A DNA stretch of 59,705 nt from Candidatus Thalassarchaeum betae (GTDB lineage: Archaea > Thermoplasmatota > Poseidoniia > Poseidoniales > Thalassarchaeaceae): assembly GCA_003193925.1 (NCBI GenBank), contig PSPG01000010.1:1-59705 (forward strand). Direction: 5' to 3'. Numbering within the stretch: the stretch's first letter is position 1; each line of letters starts with the position of its first letter. The notes under the pieces were generated by a model, which was not told where the DNA came from, did not search any database, and was given only the letters and a program-made list of their open reading frames with translations. The position numbers and the translations under genes are program-made. Below are positions 1 through 7,537 of this stretch, piece by piece.

Positions 1-4
1 TCGG

Positions 5-164
5 CATCACTCAGTCCCCCAACACGAGATACACGCAGACTCCGACTATGATGAGGATGATGACGGGCCAGTAGCTGGTGCCGACGGGTCCCTCCCCCAA
101 ATCCTCAATTTGAAAGAACCATTCGAAAATCTTTCTCGCCCTTCCAGCCATCGCTCAGTCCCCC
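5..164. repeat. 16-bp direct repeat (5-20 CATCACTCAGTCCCCC; 149-164 CATCGCTCAGTCCCCC) forming two consecutive gene junctions
   Basis: 15/16 identity. On the minus strand both read GGGGGAC-TGA-GYG-ATG (RBS-like tract, stop, start). Confidence 0.6.
11..151 (-). CDS. Small single-pass membrane protein (46 aa, MAGRARKIFEWFFQIEDLGEGPVGTSYWPVIILIIVGVCVYLVLGD), absent from the ORF track
   Basis: Manual translation. ATG at 151 lies 3 nt after the upstream stop, behind a GAGGGGG RBS-like tract. C-terminal hydrophobic helix. Confidence 0.6.
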   Translation of the reverse strand: MAGRARKIFEWFFQIEDLGEGPVGTSYWPVIILIIVGVCVYLVLGD

Positions 165-697
165 TCACAGTCGGTCCATTTATGTCCCGGCTTCCCACAT
201 CGCCCGCACTCGTACTTCTGCTGTCGGTGCGCCCCGCAGTAGTCGGTTCCACCAAGCTTCGAAGCGTGGCATCTCCCCGCTCGGCCCTTCCTCCGTTTGG
301 TGAAGCCCTCGCAACGCTTCTTCTGCCCCGGCCCCCACTTCTTCAGCAACCTCTCCCGCTTCTGCTTCCATGTCACCCGGGTGCGCTTGGCGGTCTTCGC
401 TCCCCGCGACATGATCCATCGGCGGAACAGGTGCGAGTCTGTCAGCTCGTGACACCTCGGGCAGACCTCCGCGATGTTCCCGGGGTTCTTCGAAGCGACG
501 AGTCGGCGGAGGCGGTCATCATCGAGGTTCTCGATCTGAACCGACCCGTCGATCCCGACAGCGAGCCACTCGAGGTCATCCCTCTCGAGCCTGTCGATCT
601 TGGCTTGGCTGATGAGGTGGTGCATCTCGGAGTCCGGGATCGCCCGAGTGCAGATCCGGCAGGTGTTCGAAGGCTCGACTCCGTATCTTGCGGCCAT
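155..697 (-). CDS. HNH-like endonuclease with C-terminal zinc-finger modules
   Basis: CRIC...HH...N...CPRCH (Zn-HNH pattern), CEGFTK...RC...YCGAH module, CGRCGKPGHKWTDC zinc knuckle. Start placed at ATG 697; the ORF is open to 757. Confidence 0.65.
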   Translation of the reverse strand: MAARYGVEPSNTCRICTRAIPDSEMHHLISQAKIDRLERDDLEWLAVGIDGSVQIENLDDDRLRRLVASKNPGNIAEVCPRCHELTDSHLFRRWIMSRGAKTAKRTRVTWKQKRERLLKKWGPGQKKRCEGFTKRRKGRAGRCHASKLGGTDYCGAHRQQKYECGRCGKPGHKWTDCEGD

Positions 698-851
698 GTG
701 TCCGATGAGAAGAAATCGGGGGTGTTTAGACTTCGAGGAACTCACCATTATGTTCACCTCTATGGGAAAGTATTCTCGAGGATTCAGCAGGTCGCCCGCA
801 GTCCCTCGGTTTCGCTCTCTTCACCATATACGGCAACTTCCGGAAGAAAGG

Positions 852-926
852 TGCTCGTGCCGGGATTTGAACCCGGGTCGCCGCCTCGAAAGGGCGGCAT
901 GATGGACCGAACTACACCACACAAGC
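852..926 (-). tRNA. tRNA-Glu(TTC)
   Basis: Cloverleaf with anticodon arm CCGCC-CT-TTC-GA-GGCGG and T-loop GTTCAAATC. The 3' end reads ACC then T, so full CCA is not encoded. Confidence 0.95.
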
Positions 927-965
927 GCTGGGCTGACGACAGCCGGCCCCCCCAATAACGATTCG

Positions 966-3944
966 TCACGGCGGGTTGCCCGTACTCCCAGTGGTGATGG
1001 TCACCGACTCTGGGGTGCCGTCCTGGTTGGAATCGATGGTGATCACGGTCACGATGAGCCCCTGCACGGTGTTGGTGACGTAGTCGACGTGGAAGGCGAT
1101 CCAGGTGTTGTTGGTGTGGTAGGCGTGGCCCTGTGGGTTGATGTTCCACTCGAATACTCTGTGCGAGAGGTAGGCCTCCTGCAGCACCTCGATGTTGCCG
1201 CCGGACGACAGGGAGAGGTTCCTCGCGTGCCAGATGTTGGAGTTGACCGCGAAGGTCACATTGCCGTCCGCGTTGTCGTCCCTCGCCGCCATGTAGTGAC
1301 GGTGGAACACCCTGCGCTCGAGGAAGCCGTCGTGGTCGTAGTCGGCCGCCAGCCAGGATCTGCTCAGGTAGTCGTAGGTGTCCTGGCTGCCGTCTGAGTT
1401 GTTGTCCCATGAACTCAGGCCGATGACGACCACGCGCATGGCGTGCAGGTTGTGGTTCGAGTCGCGCCAGATCTCCAGCGAATGCGTGGACACCGAATGA
1501 TGTGACCATCCGTGGGCGTGCTGGTCAAGTTGAGTGGTCTCAGTGACCCTCCTGAAGATGTGCTCCTCATGACCGTCCTCGTCGGCATCGGACCATGTCA
1601 AGGTGGCGGTGTATGACTCGTGCTGCTCGAGATATGGGTCGAAGTCCCAGTCGGTCGCGTTGGCCATGTGGATGATGCGCTGCTTCCACTCAGGGATGCC
1701 GTCGGCGTCATCGTCGACCGTTCGAGTCAGGGCGAAGCGGTGGATGTGGTACTCGACCATGCCCCAGTCCCAATGCTGGTTCCAGCCGCGCATCCGAGCA
1801 GTGTAGTCGAGGTCGCCGTCGTGGTCAGTGTCGACCTTCAGGACCCCAGCCCGCCAAGTCCACTGCAGCTCTATGACGCCGTTCGAGTCGTTGTCGAACT
1901 GAACGGTGTTCTGGTGAAGGGCCCTGATCACATCGACGCTGCCGTCTTGGTTGGTGTCCTTTCTAACGACCGCGCGCAGGTTGTCGCGGTGGCGGTCGAC
2001 GTTGCCGTCCTCGGTGGGGTCCCAGACCCAAGAGGTGTGGTCTATGGCCATCCAGAGCTCGGGGGTGCCGTCGTCATTGGCGTCAATCCTCAGTATCAGC
2101 CGAGTGTGCGAGAAGTACGCGGTGAGCACCGCGCCTATGCCTTGGTCGACCATCCGCTGTTGGCGGTTCAAGACCACTCGGCGCTCGAGGTTGCCGTCTT
2201 GGTCGGCGTCGGTGCGGGCGTGCACGAAGAGGTGGATGTTGACGTCCTCGTAGGTGCCGTTGTCCCAGGTCCAGACGGTTCTGGTGAGCACATCGTGGCG
2301 CTCTGGAATTCCATCAGAGTTCTGATCGACGAGGTCGAGCCCCCTGAAGCGTGTGAAGAAGAAATCGTCGTGGCCGTCCCCGTCGCGGTCTTGGGAGCAA
2401 TGTAGGGTGCGAATCAGGATGATTCGCTCTGGTCCGGGGATGCCGTCCGAGTCGAACCAGAAGACTCCCACTGAGCGATGACAGAGGGTCTCGGCGACGC
2501 CGTCGCCGTCCCAGTCCTCCCAGAAGGAGTCGTTCCACCATGTGGCTGTGACCTGTGAGATGGAGCGACTGTAGGTCTGTTGGTCCAGCGAGTCATCGCT
2601 GACATCGCCCCACGCGTCGTCGAAAATCGGGTTGACAACTTCCGCGTCAGCTGCATTGGCGGGGGGAAGGGGCTCGAGCTCACTCTCGGAGGGGCCCTCA
2701 TCGGACTCGACTACTGAATCCTCGTGCAGAAGCGAGTTCTGCGGCATCTGGTCGGTCTCCTCCTCGTCGCCGACCTCATCGCGCACCGACTGCTCGTCGG
2801 TGGCGACCCAGTCGTCGACCTCCTGGTCGTCGTCATAGTAGCCGTCCCCGTCCGGATCGAAGTCGGACTGCCAGTCGTAATCCGCCTCCTGCTGGGCCTC
2901 AGTGACCTCATCGACCGTGCCGTCCCCGTCCGAGTCGAGTTGCTCCTCGACCTCGGTCTCGAGCTGCTCCTCGGCCTCGGCCTCGAGCTGCTCCTGCAGC
3001 TGTGCTGCCTCGAGGTCGTCGGCCACGGAGACCACCTCGACGTGGAAGACGCGCTCAGTGGTGATACCGGTCGGGCCGGTCGCGGTCACGCGAACCACGA
3101 ACACGTCCTCCTCAGTGTACTGGTGGGATTCCTCGGTGAACGCCGGGTCGACCATTGAACCGTCACCCCATTCGATGCTGACCGAGACGGGACCGAGTGG
3201 GTCCTCGGTGCTGGTGGTGATGGTCAGCTGCCCGGCCAGATTGAGGTGTATGCGGCCCTGAGGCGAAGGGTTGGTGGATACTGTGAGCGAGGGCGCGTCG
3301 GCGTGCTCGATTCTGATTGCCTCCTGGGCGTTGGCCAAGAATCCCGAGGTGTCAGTGGCTGAGACGCGAACGGCATAGGTACCGGGCTCGCCCCAGATGT
3401 GCTGCCCGGAGAGGTCCCTCTGGGTGGTGCCATCGGAGAAGTCGACTTCGACGACCAGGTCATCGCCGTCAGGGTCCGAGGCATCTACCGACCACGCCAC
3501 GGGGACGCCTGCAATCCCCTCGTCGGGAAGCTCTAGGGAGACCGTCGGAGCTCGGTTGGGCTCCTGCAGAGTGAAGATGACCGCAGACACCCCTGTCACG
3601 CCCATCGAGTCTGTTATCTCGGCCTCGATGGTGTGCGTGCCGACGGAGAGGAAACCAGCGTCATAGACGAGGCTGGGCGAGGTCTGAACCAGTACGCCGT
3701 CGAGGCGCCAGTTCACGATGTATGGGCCTGTGCCCTCCTCGATCACGGCGTTGGCGACAATCAGGTCGTTGGCTGTGGTCGGCGAGCCCTCGAGTTGGAC
3801 ATCGGCTGTGACCACCGAGGGCTCGGGCTGCTCGACTATCTCGTCCGTCGCTCCGAGGCATCCCGAACCCACCATCAGGGCCACTAGGAGGAGTCCGGTA
3901 TGGATTCGGTGTCGGGCGATTCTGTCGTAAGTCATCTCGGTCAT
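966..3944 (-). CDS. Large surface lipoprotein: PKD/Ig-like domains, acidic linker and C-terminal Dx[DN]xDG repeat domain
   Basis: Lipobox LMVGSGCLG; PKD signatures (DASDPDGD...VDFSDG; IEWGDGS...SHQY); many Ca-loop-like motifs. TTTAAG about 25 nt upstream of ATG 3944. Confidence 0.8.
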   Translation of the reverse strand: MTEMTYDRIARHRIHTGLLLVALMVGSGCLGATDEIVEQPEPSVVTADVQLEGSPTTANDLIVANAVIEEGTGPYIVNWRLDGVLVQTSPSLVYDAGFLSVGTHTIEAEITDSMGVTGVSAVIFTLQEPNRAPTVSLELPDEGIAGVPVAWSVDASDPDGDDLVVEVDFSDGTTQRDLSGQHIWGEPGTYAVRVSATDTSGFLANAQEAIRIEHADAPSLTVSTNPSPQGRIHLNLAGQLTITTSTEDPLGPVSVSIEWGDGSMVDPAFTEESHQYTEEDVFVVRVTATGPTGITTERVFHVEVVSVADDLEAAQLQEQLEAEAEEQLETEVEEQLDSDGDGTVDEVTEAQQEADYDWQSDFDPDGDGYYDDDQEVDDWVATDEQSVRDEVGDEEETDQMPQNSLLHEDSVVESDEGPSESELEPLPPANAADAEVVNPIFDDAWGDVSDDSLDQQTYSRSISQVTATWWNDSFWEDWDGDGVAETLCHRSVGVFWFDSDGIPGPERIILIRTLHCSQDRDGDGHDDFFFTRFRGLDLVDQNSDGIPERHDVLTRTVWTWDNGTYEDVNIHLFVHARTDADQDGNLERRVVLNRQQRMVDQGIGAVLTAYFSHTRLILRIDANDDGTPELWMAIDHTSWVWDPTEDGNVDRHRDNLRAVVRKDTNQDGSVDVIRALHQNTVQFDNDSNGVIELQWTWRAGVLKVDTDHDGDLDYTARMRGWNQHWDWGMVEYHIHRFALTRTVDDDADGIPEWKQRIIHMANATDWDFDPYLEQHESYTATLTWSDADEDGHEEHIFRRVTETTQLDQHAHGWSHHSVSTHSLEIWRDSNHNLHAMRVVVIGLSSWDNNSDGSQDTYDYLSRSWLAADYDHDGFLERRVFHRHYMAARDDNADGNVTFAVNSNIWHARNLSLSSGGNIEVLQEAYLSHRVFEWNINPQGHAYHTNNTWIAFHVDYVTNTVQGLIVTVITIDSNQDGTPESVTITTGSTGNPP

Positions 3945-3968
3945 TGGCCGTAGGGCGTCCTTTACCAC

Positions 3969-3974
3969 CTTAAA
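3969..3974 (-). promoter_or_regulatory. TATA-box-like element (TTTAAG) for the lipoprotein gene, probably leaderless
   Basis: AT-rich hexamer about 25 nt upstream of ATG 3944 in GC-rich DNA. Confidence 0.5.
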
Positions 3975-3996
3975 GGAAAGTGGGTCATTGGATTTG

Positions 3997-4992
3997 TCAA
4001 GGCCTCGAAGAGACGGGTTCGACGAGAGCCGTCCACAGTCTCCTGCCTTCCTCAGTGAGCACTCGATTGGTTCGCAGTCCGCTCCTTCTCCGGGTGATTA
4101 GGCCCTGGGACTCGAGACGCTTCAGATGGTGGCTTACCAACTGCTGGCTCGTATCCAATCGGAATGCCAACTCCCTTTGCGTCGGAGAGGGCTGGCCCTC
4201 CTCCTGCTCGACTACCGACCGCAGCACCATCAGGGCCACGTCGCTGAGTTGATTGGCATCGACCGGACGAGGTAGATTGGAGAGTTCGGCCGCACGGTCG
4301 ACGGCTGAGGTATAGTAGCGCAGCAGACGCCCGTCGCGCCTGCACCAGACGCGCCCCTCGTGCTCGAGGATCCTCAGGTGGTGCACGGCCTGGTGGTTAC
4401 CCAAATTCAGAGCGCGGATGATGCCAGACAGGTGGCAGCCCGGGTGAGCAGTGAGGAAACCCTCGAGTCGGCCGCGCTGGTAGGTCCCTGCGAGTGTGCC
4501 TGTGCCCTCAGTGACCCGAAGTTGCGAGAAGCGGCCCATCGACCGGGAGATCTTGGCCCTCGTCGGCTCATCGCCGGCTGAAACCAGAGCAAGTGCGAGG
4601 AAAGTCACAGCGATGAAGGTAGAAGCGAAGGACATCGCGGGCAGAGAGAGGACGAATTGGGAGTCTTCAGTCTGCTGTCCGAGATCAGCGGGGGACTGCC
4701 CCTCTGATTCAGCCACGAACCACATATCCGCTATGGACCACATTCCTGACAGAACGTCAGTCAGTTCCACACCCACGGCGCGGCCCTCCATCGGGCTAAG
4801 GAACAGGCCGGGCTCGGGTTGGGGCTCGTGCAGCAGTCCCTGAGCGTCCTCGAGCATCCAGACTCCGGGCGAGGTGCGCACCCAGGTTGCCTCCTGGTCA
4901 GCCGCTACAGAGGGGGCCGCCAAGATGACCAGAATCGCCAGCGTAAGGCACAGTGAGGCAGCCTGTCGCGCATGCGCTGGCGCCCTCTCCAT
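3997..4992 (-). CDS. Membrane-anchored double winged-helix transcriptional regulator (HVO_0163-like)
   Basis: Signal-like N-terminus, TM segment (FASTFIAVTFLALALVSA), HTH1 (HPGCHLSGIIRAL...HHLRILE) and HTH2 (TQRELAFRLDTSQQLVSHHLKRLE). Confidence 0.8.
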   Translation of the reverse strand: MERAPAHARQAASLCLTLAILVILAAPSVAADQEATWVRTSPGVWMLEDAQGLLHEPQPEPGLFLSPMEGRAVGVELTDVLSGMWSIADMWFVAESEGQSPADLGQQTEDSQFVLSLPAMSFASTFIAVTFLALALVSAGDEPTRAKISRSMGRFSQLRVTEGTGTLAGTYQRGRLEGFLTAHPGCHLSGIIRALNLGNHQAVHHLRILEHEGRVWCRRDGRLLRYYTSAVDRAAELSNLPRPVDANQLSDVALMVLRSVVEQEEGQPSPTQRELAFRLDTSQQLVSHHLKRLESQGLITRRRSGLRTNRVLTEEGRRLWTALVEPVSSRP

Positions 4993-5017
4993 GCGATATC
5001 GGAGATGCTTGGATGGG

Positions 5018-5659
5018 TTAAGGGTCGTGGGTCGTCGTGTTTGTCGGACCTGAGTCCTCCCCTGGAATCAGTCCGGACCACCAACGGTTGAGCGGGATGA
5101 AGAGCATCAGGGCGAGCAGTCCCCCGGTCAGCCATGCCCAGGGGTTCCCCAGAAGACCCAGGAACTCCTCACCCCATAATCCCAGCACTAGGCCTTCCAT
5201 GCCGAATCTGAATCCACGGCCCACGAGACCTGCCGCGACGAACAGCCTGAGGTCCATCCTCCCGGCACCGGCAGTCCAGGCCATGGCCACATAGGGGATT
5301 GGTGAGATAGCTGCGAGGAACACACCTGCAGATCCATATCTGAGAGTCATTGACTCCAGTCTGGAGACGGTGGTGCCGCTGACTATTCGCTCGAAGGCCG
5401 GTCTGCCCGCGTGCGCGCCGAAGGCGTATCCCAACATCGATCCGAATACGCTCGAGATGGTCGCAGTGAGAACTATTGCCAGTATTGCCAGAAATCCCTG
5501 TGCCCCCAGGACAAGGGGCAGCACGAGTAGGTCTGGTGGGACGAACGGCAGAGCAGCCTCGATTGCTGCCACCACCGCCAGGCCGAGCAGGCCGAAGCCC
5601 TCGGCCCAGCCGATAATCGAGTCGGTGATGCCCTCGAACACGTACCTTCGTCCCTCCAT
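5018..5659 (-). CDS. DedA/YqaA (VTT domain) membrane protein
   Basis: IEAALPFVPPD, SVFGSMLGYAFG, ISPIPY and GRGFRF motifs. Confidence 0.85.
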   Translation of the reverse strand: MEGRRYVFEGITDSIIGWAEGFGLLGLAVVAAIEAALPFVPPDLLVLPLVLGAQGFLAILAIVLTATISSVFGSMLGYAFGAHAGRPAFERIVSGTTVSRLESMTLRYGSAGVFLAAISPIPYVAMAWTAGAGRMDLRLFVAAGLVGRGFRFGMEGLVLGLWGEEFLGLLGNPWAWLTGGLLALMLFIPLNRWWSGLIPGEDSGPTNTTTHDP

Positions 5660-5740
5660 TTCGGGATGAACGTTGCTTCCCCCGGACAGCGCGCGAGCGC
5701 CGACCCTACCCTAGATAGCGCAGCGGGCCTACGGATTGGC

Positions 5741-6241
5741 ATGGCTGCGGGTGAGGTCCTCGACACCGCTGCGCTCATCGCGTGGCCGATGGAGAGGATG
5801 CGGGGCAGTCTCGTCGTGCCCTCGCAGAGAGCGGAGTTGGGCCGCATCTCGCCCGAGAGGGAGATGCTGCTTGATTCCATCGGCCTTGAATGGGCGACTC
5901 CTGGAGGTGCTGCACTCGCACAGGCCAGCGAACTAGCGACCCGGACGGGGGACATGTCTGGCCTGTCGCCTGTCGACCTCGAGTTACTCGCGCTCTCGCT
6001 CGAGAGGAGCGCGACCCTCGTGACGGACGACTACAGGCTGCAGAACCTGTGTGAGTTGGGAGGCATCCGATGGCTCTCGGTCACCATGGAGGGAATTCGG
6101 GCCCTGTGGACATGGGAGTTGCGCTGCCCCGGCTGTGGAGCAGTTCAGCCCCCTCCAGACGCACCTCAGGCTAGGCGAGGAGGACTAGGGAGCTGCCCGG
6201 ATTGCGGAACTGCGCTGAGACTCAGGCGCGGCAGGGAGTGA
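5741..6241 (+). CDS. nob1: NOB1-family PIN endonuclease with zinc ribbon
   Basis: VLDTAAL, LSPVD, VTDDYRLQN, CPGC...CPDCG. Confidence 0.85.
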   Translation: MAAGEVLDTAALIAWPMERMRGSLVVPSQRAELGRISPEREMLLDSIGLEWATPGGAALAQASELATRTGDMSGLSPVDLELLALSLERSATLVTDDYRLQNLCELGGIRWLSVTMEGIRALWTWELRCPGCGAVQPPPDAPQARRGGLGSCPDCGTALRLRRGRE

Positions 6242-6242
6242 C

Positions 6243-6452
6243 TCACTCCCTCTCGTTGGTGACTTCCTCTGTCATCCCGCCGCGATCCATGTCCTGCTCA
6301 GCAGCAGATGGCGCCATGCCCTCTTGCAGGCCCTGCTGGAACTCGCCCTTTGCGCGGCCCGCGCCGCGAGCCAGTTCGGGTATCTTCTTCGCCCCGAACA
6401 GGAAGATCGCTATTCCGACGAGGATTACTAACTCTACAGTGCCCAAGGCCAT
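6243..6452 (-). CDS. tatA: Twin-arginine translocase subunit TatA
   Basis: TM helix followed by FGAKKIPELARGAGRAKGEFQ. Confidence 0.93.
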   Translation of the reverse strand: MALGTVELVILVGIAIFLFGAKKIPELARGAGRAKGEFQQGLQEGMAPSAAEQDMDRGGMTEEVTNERE

Positions 6453-6507
6453 GTTATCGGCACTAGGTGAGAGCGTTCTCGTTCAAATGCTTCGGCCGAA
6501 TCGACTC

Positions 6508-6765
6508 TCATCCACCTGAAATCGGGGGGAGGAAGGCAACTTCGGACGAATCCCTCAGAGGGGCGTCGAGAGGAGCGCCGATCTGCCCGTCAATCGCAAC
6601 CCTGAGCCCCGAATTGAGAAGATCGGACAGGTCGAAGCGCTCAATCAGCTGAGTGCCTGTGGTCCCGTGCTCCAGCGCTACCTCGATCTCACGTTCGCCC
6701 AGCCTCTCGGCCAAGGGCCCGAAGAACAGCATCCTGACCTTCACAGCCTTGCCTTGGCCGACCAT
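6508..6765 (-). CDS. MoaD/ThiS-family ubiquitin-like protein (SAMP1-like)
   Basis: VKVRMLFFG N-terminus and EVAFLPPISGG C-terminus. Confidence 0.88.
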   Translation of the reverse strand: MVGQGKAVKVRMLFFGPLAERLGEREIEVALEHGTTGTQLIERFDLSDLLNSGLRVAIDGQIGAPLDAPLRDSSEVAFLPPISGG

Positions 6766-6844
6766 GCTGCGGCGAGTTCCCTGACAGCCATCAACCCATC
6801 TCCCTCGCAGGGACTATACCTCGTACACGCCGCGGCGAGGTTGC

Positions 6845-7537
6845 ATGAGCGAGGTCAAGGCGGTCGTCTTAGACTGCGACGGGGTCCTCACAGACAACGG
6901 CTCCTCGTGGCAGAACATCCACGAACACTTCGGTACCGAGAACCTAGAGACCCTCGAGCGCTTTCTCAATCACGAGATCAGCGATGACGAGTTCATGGCT
7001 GACGACATCCGTCTGTGGACTGAGGTCCAGCCCAAGATCCACCGAAACGACATCATACGCTGCTACTCTGGTATCGCGCTGATGCCCGGGGCCCGCGAGT
7101 TGGTCCACGAGTTGCAGTCCAGAGGAGTCTTCGTGACAATCGTGTCCGCTGGTGTGGACGTTTTCGTGGGTGCCATTGCGGGCATGCTCAAAGTAGACGA
7201 CTGGGCCGCCAACGGATTCGACTGGGACGAAGAGGGCTGGTTGCGTGGGCCTGCGCCCACGCGGGTCAACTCCCATGAGAAGGGGCTGATGGTCGAGAAG
7301 CTGGCGAGGATCAGGAAGTTGGATCCCGAGAGCATCGTCTCAGTCGGTGATTCCAGCACCGACCTCTCGATGATGATTCCCGGCTCGGGCTTCATCGGTT
7401 TCAACCCGGCCAGACAGAGGGCGGTCGATGCGTTCGAGGCAGCGGGAGTCCCCATCGTCCGAGAGGGTGACCTGCGTGCACTCTGGCCGCATATCTTCGA
7501 CGGTGAGCGGTTTCCCGACTCAGGCGAAGGGGATTGA
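6845..7537 (+). CDS. HAD-IB hydrolase, phosphoserine phosphatase-like
   Basis: LDCDGVL, VSAG, K and GDSSTD HAD motifs. Confidence 0.82.
   Translation: MSEVKAVVLDCDGVLTDNGSSWQNIHEHFGTENLETLERFLNHEISDDEFMADDIRLWTEVQPKIHRNDIIRCYSGIALMPGARELVHELQSRGVFVTIVSAGVDVFVGAIAGMLKVDDWAANGFDWDEEGWLRGPAPTRVNSHEKGLMVEKLARIRKLDPESIVSVGDSSTDLSMMIPGSGFIGFNPARQRAVDAFEAAGVPIVREGDLRALWPHIFDGERFPDSGEGD

Noticed and set aside
110-958. 282-aa plus-strand ORF and many other long overlapping ORFs (e.g. 1620-2405, 26118-27107, 45166-46095, 55303-56487)
   Set aside because: Antisense or alternate-frame shadows of well-supported genes or tRNAs in high-GC DNA; no recognisable motifs.
2930-3010. Imperfect DNA repeats (tcgagctgctcctc)
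   Set aside because: They encode an E/Q-rich helical linker; codon-level low complexity only.
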